Counted from the first letter of the stretch, positions 18,660-28,023 are shown. The stretch is 64,000 nt of DNA from Porphyromonadaceae bacterium UBA7048 (GCA_002493945.1 DLAL01000047.1:21992-85991); one strand, 5' to 3'. A program made the numbers and translations. Notes: a model not told the origin generated them from the letters alone.

Positions 18660-18908
18660 CCAAAAATTTAAGATTCAAGTGACAAATTCGATCAGACGTA
18701 ATATTTCTAATCCGCGCTACCTCGCTTCCGTTTTTGTAAAGCGGGGTCTGGCATGGTTGCCTGATAGCATTTTCCTGCGTTCTATTCCGGCTACGGCACC
18801 TTCACTCCTTCGGAATGGAACGAGCGCTTCGGCGACATGATAGAGCTTCAGCGCTTAGAATTTAAGTAACTATATCTATTATAATTATAAATAGAGAAAG
18901 AATCAATT

Positions 18909-19382
18909 ATGCCACGTGAGATAGACGAGCTTGCAACGTGTTCGCTCCTTGGTAACACAGGCGTGAAGTACCCGGCTGACTACGCACCCGAGATGCTTGA
19001 GACTTTTCAGAATAAGCATCCCGAGCGTGACTACCTCGTCACGTTCACCTGTCCCGAGTTCACATCCCTGTGCCCCAAGACCGGACAGCCTGATTTCGGC
19101 CGCATCATTATCAACTATATCCCTGATGAGAAGATGGTGGAGAGCAAGAGCCTGAAATTGTATCTTTTCAGTTTCAGAAACCACGGAGACTTTCATGAAG
19201 ACTGTGTCAACATCATCATGAAGGATCTGGTGAAACTCATGCAGCCTCGCTATCTTGAGGTGCGCGGAGTGTTCATGCCGCGCGGAGGCATTTCTATTAT
19301 TCCTTTTGCCAATTATGGCGACGACGCTCATCAGGACATGGTGCGTCAGCGCCTGATGGCTGTTTTCCCTTCAGATTTTTGA
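18909..19382 (+). CDS. queF: NADPH-dependent 7-cyano-7-deazaguanine reductase (unimodular type)
   Basis: 157 aa with [54 protein letters not shown], the QueF motif and catalytic Cys. Confidence 0.9.
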   Translation: MPREIDELATCSLLGNTGVKYPADYAPEMLETFQNKHPERDYLVTFTCPEFTSLCPKTGQPDFGRIIINYIPDEKMVESKSLKLYLFSFRNHGDFHEDCVNIIMKDLVKLMQPRYLEVRGVFMPRGGISIIPFANYGDDAHQDMVRQRLMAVFPSDF

Positions 19383-19385
19383 TCT

Positions 19386-20057
19386 ATGAGCAACAACAGA
19401 TCAGGAAAGAACGCCCTGATGGTGCTGTCAGGGGGAATGGATTCGGTGACGATGCTCTACGAGTACGCCTCCGAAATCGAATTTGCCGTGAACTTCAGCT
19501 ACGGCTCGAACCACAACGAGCGCGAGCTTGAGTGCGCACGCTATCACTGCCGGCGCCTCGGCATCGAACTGGTGGAAATCGATCTCTCCTTCATCGCCAG
19601 ATATTTCCATAGCTCGCTTCTTGAAGGTGCGGATGCCATCCCCGAAGGCGACTATGACTTCGACAACATGAAGTCGACTGTCGTCCCCTTCCGCAACGGC
19701 ATCATGCTCGCCGCCGCCGCCGGACTGGCCGAGAGCCACGGACTCGAAACGGTCATGATAGCCAATCATGCCGGCGACCATGCGCTATATCCCGACTGTC
19801 GCAAGAGCTTCATCGACGCGATGTCGGAGGCCATAGCCCAGGGAACCTATGAAGGTATCCGGGTGAAGGCTCCTTACACACTTCTGAGCAAATCAGACAT
19901 CGCTCTTCGAGGCAAGACTCTGGGCATTGACTATTCCACTACTTATTCCTGCTACAGAGGTCAGGAGAAGCATTGCGGACGTTGCGGCACCTGCCGTGAA
20001 CGCCGTCAGGCGCTTGCCGATGCCGGAATCGTCGACACTACAGAATACGAAGACTGA
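19386..20057 (+). CDS. queC: 7-cyano-7-deazaguanine synthase
   Basis: 223 aa with ALMVLSGGMDSVT (PP-loop) and the C-terminal Zn cluster CYRGQEKHCGRCGTCRERRQAL. Confidence 0.9.
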   Translation: MSNNRSGKNALMVLSGGMDSVTMLYEYASEIEFAVNFSYGSNHNERELECARYHCRRLGIELVEIDLSFIARYFHSSLLEGADAIPEGDYDFDNMKSTVVPFRNGIMLAAAAGLAESHGLETVMIANHAGDHALYPDCRKSFIDAMSEAIAQGTYEGIRVKAPYTLLSKSDIALRGKTLGIDYSTTYSCYRGQEKHCGRCGTCRERRQALADAGIVDTTEYED

Positions 20058-20110
20058 TACACAATATAAAAACCGAGACATTTTTCAATATATTACCAAC
20101 TCTCAAAATT

Positions 20111-20293
20111 ATGTCCATGGAATCGTTAATCAACGCCATCAACGAGGCATACGAGGCATTTCGTGCCGACGCTGTCCTCCAGCAGGAAAAGAACAACAAA
20201 GCAGCCGGTACACGTGCCCGCAAGGCTTCGCTCGAACTCGAAAAACTCATGAAAGAGTTCCGCAAGGTTTCGCTCGAACAGTCCAAGCAGTAA
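20111..20293 (+). CDS. Histone H1-like small basic DNA-binding protein
   Basis: 60 aa with NKAAGTRARKASLELEKLMKEFRKVSLEQSK, which matches the short Bacteroidetes histone-H1-like family as I remember it. Confidence 0.7.
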   Translation: MSMESLINAINEAYEAFRADAVLQQEKNNKAAGTRARKASLELEKLMKEFRKVSLEQSKQ

Positions 20294-20480
20294 GTCTCCG
20301 CTTTTCTTTGCGCTCTTCTCTGATCACCTATTGAACATCTCCTCCTCGCTTTTTTATTTTTTGTCCGACATCCGCCCGTGTGCTTGTTCTTAGAGAGCCG
20401 CGTGGCGGGTGTACTGCTGTTATATGTGTTAAATTAGTGTTAAAATCATGACATCCTATTGCCGGTAACGAAAAAGGTCG

Positions 20481-20488
20481 TACCTTTG
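20481..20488 (+). promoter_or_regulatory. -7 box TACCTTTG for the SRP RNA candidate
   Basis: Exact TAnnTTTG match 6 nt before the first base of the predicted RNA helix. Confidence 0.5.
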
Positions 20489-20493
20489 CACCC

Positions 20494-20596
20494 GGGTAAG
20501 TCCTACACGGTTTGCTCCCCGAGAATCCCCCAGGTCTTGACCGAAGCAAGGGTATTGGGTTGAGCGAGCGCGATGTAGTAAGCTTGCCCTTTTTTT
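20494..20596 (+). ncRNA. ffs: Probable small SRP (4.5S-like) RNA
   Basis: A ~96-nt extended hairpin. GGGTAAG pairs with CTTGCCC, CTACA with TGTAG, GCTC with GAGC and CCC with GGG. The apical region CAGGUC....GAAGCA resembles the SRP domain IV internal loops, and the helix is followed by T7. It has its own -7 box and overlaps only a spurious ORF (20328-20549). Confidence 0.6.
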
Positions 20597-20665
20597 GTAT
20601 CCTTACGTCAGGGAGTGTATAGACTTTTTTAGGGGGAGGATGTCAGATAATTCATAATTAATTCT

Positions 20666-20673
20666 TAACTTTG
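20666..20673 (+). promoter_or_regulatory. -7 box TAACTTTG upstream of 20781 operon
   Basis: Exact TAnnTTTG match, ~100 nt before the start codon. Confidence 0.45.
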
Positions 20674-20780
20674 TAGCTGATAAGCTCAGGCCGGTACGCA
20701 TGGCGCAGAGCCCCATCGCCCGGCTACAGCCCGATTAACGGATTTACAGTTTATAAGAATTACTTTCTCAGACAGATAGC

Positions 20781-21743
20781 ATGGCAGAAAAGAATGACAA
20801 AGTCCACCGTCAGCGCCCGGCCTCCCGAGGTCGAGCAGACAAGCAACGGAGTTTCATCATCATTGGCGCAATTGCTCTTGCTGCCGTTATTTTTGCACTC
20901 GTATTCTTTACGGTGAAGTCATCCAGACAGGCCAGGGCTGCTCAGGCCGAGATGGAGCAAATGCAGCTTGACATTGCCCAGCAGCAGCTCGAACGGGACT
21001 ATCAGGACCTCAATGATGAGTTCGAGCAGTTCGAGAACTCCCGAAAGTTCATCATGGATGACTCTGTCAAGCGCGAACTCAACGACAAGTACGAGGCCGC
21101 ACGCATTCAGGTCGAGAAACTCCAGCAGGAACTCGCCAACCAGAAGCACAAGAGCGCTGCCGAAATATCGAAGCTGCGCGACGAGATATCGACCCTCCGC
21201 AACCTTCTCAAGCACTATGTGGCCGAAATCGACCGTCTGAACAAGGAGAATCAGGCACTCCGCTCCGAAAACAAGGAAATCAAGGAGCGTAACGACAGAC
21301 TCGCTTCGCAGGTCTCGGAGACACGCAAGGCCAATGAGGAGCTCAGCGAACGCATGACACTGGCCGAAAAGCTCAACGTGAGCGGTCTCAGCCTCACGCC
21401 TCTCAACAAGAAAGGTAAGAAAGAGAAGAAAGTGACCAAGGCCGTGCAGCTTTGTGCCACATTCACCATCCCGCAGAACAACTCCACTCCCGTTGGCGAG
21501 AAGACCATCTACATGCGTATAGTCTCGCCCTCCGGCCAGCTGCTCGGCCCCGGCGGAACATTCCCCTTCGAGGGCGGCAGCGTAGAGTACACCGCCAAGA
21601 AGACCGTCGAGTATGCAGGCGAGGAGATGCAGGGTGTCACCATTTACTATGACGTCAACACTCCGCTTATTGCCGGAGACTATACTGTCGAACTTTTCGC
21701 CGATAACTTCAGGCTCATATCCTCGTCGTTCAATCTCCGCTGA
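20781..21743 (+). CDS. Membrane-anchored coiled-coil protein with C-terminal beta-rich domain (hypothetical)
   Basis: 320 aa with a basic N-terminus and one TM helix (SFIIIGAIALAAVIFALVFFTV). About 150 aa are heptad-like and Q/E/K/L-rich, followed by a ~110-aa globular tail. The stop overlaps the mgtC-like start (TGATG). Confidence 0.75.
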   Translation: MAEKNDKVHRQRPASRGRADKQRSFIIIGAIALAAVIFALVFFTVKSSRQARAAQAEMEQMQLDIAQQQLERDYQDLNDEFEQFENSRKFIMDDSVKRELNDKYEAARIQVEKLQQELANQKHKSAAEISKLRDEISTLRNLLKHYVAEIDRLNKENQALRSENKEIKERNDRLASQVSETRKANEELSERMTLAEKLNVSGLSLTPLNKKGKKEKKVTKAVQLCATFTIPQNNSTPVGEKTIYMRIVSPSGQLLGPGGTFPFEGGSVEYTAKKTVEYAGEEMQGVTIYYDVNTPLIAGDYTVELFADNFRLISSSFNLR

Positions 21744-22465
21744 TGAGCTTCGTGCAATACATATACGACTGCATAAACAGCATAGAGATCACCACCGTAG
21801 GGTCGGTGTACAAGCTCGTGCTGAGCATGCTGCTCGGGGCGGTGGTCGGCTATGAGCGCAAGCGCAAGGGGCAGACCGCCGGCGTGCGCACATTCTCGCT
21901 CATCGCCATGGGTGCTACTCTGGCCATGCTGCTGTCGATATACGTACCGCAGGAATATATGGGCCTCAAGAACGGCGACCCCGGGCGAATCGCCGCTCAG
22001 GTCATCACGGGTATCGGTTTTCTCGGTGCCGGCGCCATCATACAGATGAAAGGCTCCGTCCGCGGACTGACCACCGCCGCAGGCATATGGATGGTGGCCA
22101 TCATCGGTATGGCTGTCGGGCTTGGCATGTACGTGCTCTCGATAGTGGCCTCCGCCCTGATTCTTTTCATCCTCGTGCAGCTCGAGAAGATAGAGAACCG
22201 CGTCAGCCGCGGCTCAGAGCAGCGCATCATCCGCATTCGCGCCGCCGAGATTCTGCGGAATATCGACGACTACCGCGCCGTGCTCGACTCGCATCATGTG
22301 GTGCTTCATGCCTTCTTCGTCGACTATGACTACGAACAGAAGGAAACCCACCTCAATCTGATGGTGCTTGTCCGCGAGACCACCGACTACATCGACCTCT
22401 TCGCGCAGTTCGAGCGCCTGCATCCCACCAAGTCGATAACCCTCGCCAATCAGCTGAATATCTGA
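21743..22465 (+). CDS. MgtC/SapB family membrane protein
   Basis: 240 aa with LLGAVVGYERKRKGQTAGVRTFSLIAMGATL..ITGIGFLGAGAI..GLTTAAGIWMVAIIGMAVG, the MgtC core, plus a soluble C-terminal domain. Confidence 0.85.
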   Translation: MSFVQYIYDCINSIEITTVGSVYKLVLSMLLGAVVGYERKRKGQTAGVRTFSLIAMGATLAMLLSIYVPQEYMGLKNGDPGRIAAQVITGIGFLGAGAIIQMKGSVRGLTTAAGIWMVAIIGMAVGLGMYVLSIVASALILFILVQLEKIENRVSRGSEQRIIRIRAAEILRNIDDYRAVLDSHHVVLHAFFVDYDYEQKETHLNLMVLVRETTDYIDLFAQFERLHPTKSITLANQLNI

Positions 22466-22474
22466 TATTAATTT

Positions 22475-24670
22475 ATGGAAATCGAAGGACTCATCACCGA
22501 TCTTGCTTTCATCCTGCTTTTAGGCGCGGGTGTAACCGTTCTCTTCAAGTGGATAGGGCAGCCGGTGGTCCTGGGCTACATCGTGGCCGGCTTTCTGGCC
22601 AGTCCGCACTTCGAGTATCTGCCCTCTGTGGCGCATGAGGACACAATCGAGTTCTGGGCGCAGATAGGCATCGTGGTTCTTCTTTTCTCACTGGGACTTG
22701 AATTCAGCTTCAAGAAACTCGCCAACTCCGGCGGCTCGGCCGTGGTCACGGCTCTGGTCATCATCACGGGCATGATGTGCAGCGGCATGGTCATAGGCCA
22801 CCTCATGCATCTCAACTTCATCAACAGCCTCTTCCTCGGCGGCATGCTGTCGATGTCGTCCACCACCATCATCATCAAGGCCTTCACCGACATGGGGCTG
22901 AGACAGAAGAAATTCGCCTCTCTCGTACTGGCCGTCCTTGTCGTCGAGGACCTCTTCGCGGTCCTCATGATGGTGTTGCTTTCGTCCATAGCCATCAACA
23001 AGACCGTCGAAGGCTCCGAACTGCTTTTCAGCGTGGGCAAGCTCGTATTCTTCCTCGCCATATGGATTCTGGTGGGTGTCTATGTGCTCCCGTCGCTGCT
23101 CGGCCGCATCCGCCGCTATCTCAACGGCGAGACCCTGCTGATAGTGTCGATGGGTCTCTGCCTGGGCATGGCCGTATTCTCTGTATTCTGCGGATTCTCG
23201 CTCGCACTCGGAGCCTTCGTCATGGGCTCGATTCTTGCCGGCACTTCATATGCCGAGCGCATAGAGACCGTAGTAACGCCCGTCAAAGACCTGTTCGGAG
23301 CCGTTTTCTTCATCTCCGTGGGCATGATGGTGCAGCCCGACATCCTGGTGCGGCACTGGAGTCCGGTGCTGATTCTTTCGGCCACGGTCATCATCGGCAT
23401 GATAGTGTTCGGCACTGCCGGCATGCTCATCACCGGCCAGTCACTGCAGGTGGCCATCCGCTCGGGATTCTCCCTGACGCAGATAGGCGAGTTCGCTTTC
23501 ATCATCGCCAACCTCGGCATGTCGCTCGGCGTGCTTAATGCCGACATATATCCTATCGTAGTGGCCGTATCGGTCATCACGACCTTCCTGACGCCATATT
23601 TTATCAAGATGTCCGACCCCTTCTACTCGTGGGTCGAGCGACATCTGCCCCGGCGGCTGCACTTCCTCATTGACCGCTACAAAAAAGAGGCCGACCGCAG
23701 CGACGCCGCAGGCCGGAACTGGAAAGGTATCCTTGTGCGTACGCTTTCGACAACCCTGCTGTACTTCATCATTCTGGCCGGGATTGAGATTCTGGCCGGA
23801 CGCTATCTGCTCGCGCTTATCGCTCCGATTGCCGGAGAGTGGAGCCGCCTGATATGTGTCACGCTCACACTGGCCGTGATGCTGCCGTTCCTCTTCGCGC
23901 TCATGATTCCCGTCGATGCCTCCAAGGGCGGTGACACAGCTCGCATACCGCGTCTGGTCATGACCATATTCCGTATTCTGCTGGCCATCGTCATGGTGTC
24001 GAGAGCCATCATGATATTCTACAATCCCAAGGCCGGCATACTTGTAGCCGCCACAGCCGTCCTTCTGGCCATCCTCGTATTCTCGAAGCGCCTGCGCCGC
24101 AGCATGGCACGCATAGAAAGCAAGTTCATCGACAACCTCAATGAGCGCGAGCTACGACGCAGCGGCAAGAAGAATGCCGTCATCCACGACCTCCACAAAG
24201 CATTCATGACCGTGGGGACGGGATGCGTGTTCGTGGGCCAGCGCCTGATGGACTCCAACATACGCAAGATTTACGGTGTCAATATCGTCGGCATACAGCG
24301 CGGACAGATGTACATCCCCATACCAGACGGCCGCACGCGCGTCTATCCGGGTGATATCATAAGCGTCATCGGCACCGACGAGCAGATTGAGAAAATGCTT
24401 CCTGACGTCGAACGCACGCTTCCCGAGCCTGAAGTCACCGTTAGTCCCGACGATATCAAGCTGACGGGTATCCTTCTGGACGAGTCCTCGCCGCTTGTGT
24501 CGAAAACTCCGCGCTCGGCCGCCCTGCGCGACAATTACGACGCCCTCGTGGTGGCTGTGGAGCGTGGCGACGAACACATCGACTCGAATCCCGACCTTGT
24601 CTTCCGGCCCGGCGACATCCTGTGGGTGGTTGCCGACCCCGATAAAGTGAAACGAATGAAACAGGCCTGA
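22475..24670 (+). CDS. CPA2-type cation:proton antiporter with C-terminal RCK_C (TrkA-C) domain(s)
   Basis: 731 aa. It has an N-terminal Na+/H+ exchanger-like polytopic region (LGYIVAGFLASP, GLEFSFKKL) and a C-terminal part with RVYPGDIISVIGTDEQIEKM and FRPGDILWVVADPDKVKRM, which are TrkA-C-like motifs. Confidence 0.85.
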   Translation: MEIEGLITDLAFILLLGAGVTVLFKWIGQPVVLGYIVAGFLASPHFEYLPSVAHEDTIEFWAQIGIVVLLFSLGLEFSFKKLANSGGSAVVTALVIITGMMCSGMVIGHLMHLNFINSLFLGGMLSMSSTTIIIKAFTDMGLRQKKFASLVLAVLVVEDLFAVLMMVLLSSIAINKTVEGSELLFSVGKLVFFLAIWILVGVYVLPSLLGRIRRYLNGETLLIVSMGLCLGMAVFSVFCGFSLALGAFVMGSILAGTSYAERIETVVTPVKDLFGAVFFISVGMMVQPDILVRHWSPVLILSATVIIGMIVFGTAGMLITGQSLQVAIRSGFSLTQIGEFAFIIANLGMSLGVLNADIYPIVVAVSVITTFLTPYFIKMSDPFYSWVERHLPRRLHFLIDRYKKEADRSDAAGRNWKGILVRTLSTTLLYFIILAGIEILAGRYLLALIAPIAGEWSRLICVTLTLAVMLPFLFALMIPVDASKGGDTARIPRLVMTIFRILLAIVMVSRAIMIFYNPKAGILVAATAVLLAILVFSKRLRRSMARIESKFIDNLNERELRRSGKKNAVIHDLHKAFMTVGTGCVFVGQRLMDSNIRKIYGVNIVGIQRGQMYIPIPDGRTRVYPGDIISVIGTDEQIEKMLPDVERTLPEPEVTVSPDDIKLTGILLDESSPLVSKTPRSAALRDNYDALVVAVERGDEHIDSNPDLVFRPGDILWVVADPDKVKRMKQA

Positions 24671-24744
24671 CCGCCGCTGCGGCACAGGCTTCAGATATAT
24701 AGCAAACAATAAAGAGTATTAACGAGATATATTTCATCACATCT

Positions 24745-25911
24745 ATGTCAAACGAACGGTATGATCTCCGTGGCGTGTCGGCCACTAAATCGGATGTCCA
24801 TTCGGCCATCAAAAACATCGACAAAGGCATCTTTCCCGGCGCATTCTGCAAGATAGTGCCCGACTATCTCGGCGGCGACCCCGAGTGGTGCAATATCATG
24901 CACGCCGACGGTGCCGGAACGAAATCTTCGTTGGCATATGCCTACTGGCGCGAGACCGGCGACCTGTCAGTGTGGAAAGGTATCGCTCAGGATGCCCTGA
25001 TCATGAATATCGACGATCTTCTCTGCGTCGGCGTCACTGACAACATCCTTCTTTCCTCGACCATCGGACGCAACAAGCGTCTCGTGCCGGGCGAAGTGAT
25101 TTCAGCCATAATCAACGGCACCGAGGAACTCCTTCAGGACCTGCGCGAGCACGGTGTGAACATCTACTCGACCGGCGGCGAGACCGCTGACGTGGGCGAC
25201 CTCGTGCGCACCATCATCGTCGACAGCACCGTCACATGCCGCATGCGCCGCAGCGACGTGGTGGACAATGCCAATATCGCCGCAGGCGACGTCATCGTGG
25301 GCCTTGCGTCGTACGGGCAGGCCAAGTATGAGACCGAGTACAACGGCGGCATGGGCAGCAACGGCCTTACTTCTGCCCGTCATGACGTGTTCGGCAAAGC
25401 TGTGGCGGAGAAATACCCCGAGACTTATGACAGCGGACTTCCGCAGGAACTCGTGTACTGCGGATCGCTGGGCCTCACTGACGCCGTCGAAGGCGCTCCT
25501 GTCAATGCCGGCAAGCTCGTCCTGTCGCCCACGCGCACATATGCGCCCGTTATCAAGGCTGTCCTCGACAGCCATCGCGCCGACATCCACGGCATGGTGC
25601 ACTGCTCCGGCGGCGCGCAGACCAAGATTCTGAACTTTATCGACCGCAAGCACGTTATTAAAGACAGATTTTTCGACGTTCCGCCGCTGTTCGATGTCAT
25701 CCGCCGTCAGTCGGGAACCGATCCGCGCGAGATGTACCGTGTGTTCAACATGGGCCACCGCATGGAGATTTACTGTCCGGCGTCGGTCGCAGCCGATGTC
25801 ATCGCCATCTCCGAGAGTTTCGGAGTCCCGGCCATGATAGTGGGCCGTGTCGAGGAGGCCGAGTCAAAGCGCCTCACACTCGAGACTCCTTTCGGTACTT
25901 TCGAGTACTGA
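24745..25911 (+). CDS. purM: AIR synthase-type protein (phosphoribosylformylglycinamidine cyclo-ligase, Bacteroidetes long form)
   Basis: 388 aa with MHADGAGTKSSLAY, DLLCVG, STGGETAD and GMVHCSGGAQTK, the PurM-like N and C domains. Confidence 0.8.
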   Translation: MSNERYDLRGVSATKSDVHSAIKNIDKGIFPGAFCKIVPDYLGGDPEWCNIMHADGAGTKSSLAYAYWRETGDLSVWKGIAQDALIMNIDDLLCVGVTDNILLSSTIGRNKRLVPGEVISAIINGTEELLQDLREHGVNIYSTGGETADVGDLVRTIIVDSTVTCRMRRSDVVDNANIAAGDVIVGLASYGQAKYETEYNGGMGSNGLTSARHDVFGKAVAEKYPETYDSGLPQELVYCGSLGLTDAVEGAPVNAGKLVLSPTRTYAPVIKAVLDSHRADIHGMVHCSGGAQTKILNFIDRKHVIKDRFFDVPPLFDVIRRQSGTDPREMYRVFNMGHRMEIYCPASVAADVIAISESFGVPAMIVGRVEEAESKRLTLETPFGTFEY

Positions 25912-25970
25912 TATCGTCAGGAGCCGGCTGCATGGCAGACGGAATATCGGAAAAGTAAACCGATTCTGAT

Positions 25971-27365
25971 ATGAAACGATTCATCCGGTCGGCCGCTTTA
26001 TGCGCTGCAGTCATCACAGCCTCCGTGCTGTCGTCGTGCTCTCACGACTCTTCCCGCTCCAAGACATCTCCGGAGGCAGGGGACGAAGTTTGTACTGATA
26101 CCCTCAGGGCCGTAACTCTTTACGGCCCTACTTCGTATTTTCTCTATCGGGGCGAGCCGATGGGCTACGACTACGAGCTCGTAGACAGCCTTGCGCGACA
26201 GAAGCACATGGTTCTCGACCTGAAGGTGGCCAAGACGCTGAGTTCGGCCGTAGCCATGCTTGACTCGGGTAAGGTCGACCTTATCGCCTATCAGGTGCCT
26301 ATCACCGACCACTACAGGCAGTACGTGCGACCCTGCGGGCCTGAGGTCCTCACCAGCCAGGTGCTCGTGCAGCCGCGTGTACGCGGCTCGGTCGAGGTGA
26401 CTGATGTCACCGATCTGGTCGGCCGCGAGGTCTACGTCGAGAAGGACAGCAAGTATCTCAGGCGCCTCGAGAATCTCAACAGTGAGCTCGGGGGCGGCAT
26501 CATCATCAGGGAAGTCGACGCTGACACTCTTATCACCGAAGACCTCCTCCGTCTCGTCAGCGACGGCAAGCTGCCCCTTACAGTCGTGGACAGCGACATC
26601 GCCATGCTGAACAGCACTTATTATCCCGATCTGGATGTCAGCGTGCCGGTCAGCTTTCCTCAGCGCGCCGCATGGGCTGTGGGGCGTGATGATGCGGGAC
26701 TCGCCGATGAGATAGACGAATGGTTCGCGACGGATGTGCCCCAGCGTACCAGCGAGGATTTGCTCAAACGCTACTTCGAGCAGTCGAAGTATGCTCCGAG
26801 CACCAGGTTCGATTTCTCCAAGGGATATATTTCGAAGTATGACAACCTCTTCCGCAAATACGCACCGTCAGTGGGCTGGGACTGGCGGCTAATGGCTGCC
26901 CAGGCATATCAGGAAAGCAAGTTCAAGCCTAATGCGCGCTCGTGGGTCGGTGCCCGCGGACTGATGCAGATCATGCCCTCGACGGCACGCGGCTACCGTA
27001 CATCGGTCGGACAGCTTAACAATCCCGAGGTGAGCGTGAAAGTGGCCACCCAGCTCATCGACGACCTCGACTGCTATCTTCTCAAGTATGTTCCCAACGA
27101 CAAAGAGCGCCTCAAATTCGTCATCGCTGCCTATAACTGTGGCATAGCGCACGTGTACGATGCCATAGCTCTTGCAGAGAAGTACGGCTATGACCCTCAG
27201 GTATGGGACGACAACGTGGCTCGAGCCATCCTCATGAAGATGAATCCCAAGTATTACAACGACCCCGTTGTGAAGTACGGATACTGCCGGGGTACCGAGA
27301 CCGTGGCTTACGTCAAGAATATCACTGATTTCTACGAACAGGCTCTGCGAGAAATTAATGCCTGA
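25971..27365 (+). CDS. mltF: MltF-like lytic murein transglycosylase (SBP_bac_3 + SLT domains)
   Basis: 464 aa with a signal/lipoprotein N-terminus, a solute-binding-like half, then AQAYQESKFKPNARSWVGARGLMQIMPSTA and AAYNCG, which are SLT motifs. Confidence 0.85.
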   Translation: MKRFIRSAALCAAVITASVLSSCSHDSSRSKTSPEAGDEVCTDTLRAVTLYGPTSYFLYRGEPMGYDYELVDSLARQKHMVLDLKVAKTLSSAVAMLDSGKVDLIAYQVPITDHYRQYVRPCGPEVLTSQVLVQPRVRGSVEVTDVTDLVGREVYVEKDSKYLRRLENLNSELGGGIIIREVDADTLITEDLLRLVSDGKLPLTVVDSDIAMLNSTYYPDLDVSVPVSFPQRAAWAVGRDDAGLADEIDEWFATDVPQRTSEDLLKRYFEQSKYAPSTRFDFSKGYISKYDNLFRKYAPSVGWDWRLMAAQAYQESKFKPNARSWVGARGLMQIMPSTARGYRTSVGQLNNPEVSVKVATQLIDDLDCYLLKYVPNDKERLKFVIAAYNCGIAHVYDAIALAEKYGYDPQVWDDNVARAILMKMNPKYYNDPVVKYGYCRGTETVAYVKNITDFYEQALREINA

Positions 27366-27411
27366 CTGCTGAATTTTCATCAGAAATCGTCTGATAATAT
27401 AAAGATTTCAT

Positions 27412-27419
27412 TATCTTTG
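27412..27419 (+). promoter_or_regulatory. -7 box TATCTTTG upstream of DUF3332 gene
   Basis: Exact TAnnTTTG match 38 nt before the ATG at 27457. Confidence 0.5.
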
Positions 27420-27456
27420 CGTCAAATATTCCATTAACCAACAAAATTCATCGCTT

Positions 27457-28005
27457 ATGAAGAAAAAAGTAATGAGTGCATTCATGGCGGCGCTTCTCTG
27501 TCTGACCGCAGTGACCACGCCTTCGTGCATAGGCAGCTTCGGACTGTCGAACCGTCTGCTCGGCTGGAACCAGAATGTCGGCAATAAATTTGTCAACGAA
27601 CTTGTGTTCTTCGCCTTCTGGATTCTTCCCGTCTATGAGGTATCTATTCTGGCCGATGTCATCGTACTGAACAGCATTGAATTCTGGAGCGGCAGCAATC
27701 CCATGGCCTCCGGCGAAAAGGTGCTTGAGACCAAGGACGGCCGTTATCTGGTGAAAGCTGACAAAGACGGCTATGACATCATGGGTCTCGACGACAACAC
27801 TATGATCCGTCTCGACTATGATGCCGACGAAAACAGCTGGAACGTTACAGCCAACGGTGAGACTCATATGCTCTTCGCCTTTGTGGACGACACACACGTA
27901 CGTGTCCCGGTCGGTGCCTCGGAATACCGCACCGTCGAACTGTCGGAAGCCGGTGTATATGCTTACCAGCAGATGATAGGCGCCGATAACATGGCAGTTC
28001 GCTGA
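27457..28005 (+). CDS. DUF3332-like lipoprotein
   Basis: 182 aa with TTPSCIGSFGLSNRLLGWNQNVGNKFVNELVFFAFWILPVYEVSILADVIVLNSIEFWSG, which matches the DUF3332 N-terminal signature as I recall it. Confidence 0.75.
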   Translation: MKKKVMSAFMAALLCLTAVTTPSCIGSFGLSNRLLGWNQNVGNKFVNELVFFAFWILPVYEVSILADVIVLNSIEFWSGSNPMASGEKVLETKDGRYLVKADKDGYDIMGLDDNTMIRLDYDADENSWNVTANGETHMLFAFVDDTHVRVPVGASEYRTVELSEAGVYAYQQMIGADNMAVR

Positions 28006-28023
28006 TACCATATTACGGACGTA

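Noticed and set aside
18840-18908. Possible preQ1-I riboswitch immediately upstream of queF.
   Set aside because: I looked for the compact P1 hairpin plus an A-rich tail (..CCC..UAAAAAACUA-like). I found only an AT-rich stretch with a weak ATAGA/TCTAT pairing and a 30-nt loop, which does not fit the 34-nt aptamer. A covariance-model scan is needed before claiming anything.
18169-18908. Integration hotspot or genomic island at tRNA-Glu.
   Set aside because: There is no integrase and no direct repeat of the tRNA 3' end. The 3' side of the tRNA runs straight into its terminator and dinB. Only the AT-rich spacer on the 5' side is unusual, and it is reported separately.
20328-20549. 73-aa minus-strand ORF in the histone-like/SRP spacer.
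   Set aside because: It overlaps the structured RNA candidate, which has its own promoter box and T-tail. The product is R/P/G-rich with no motifs.
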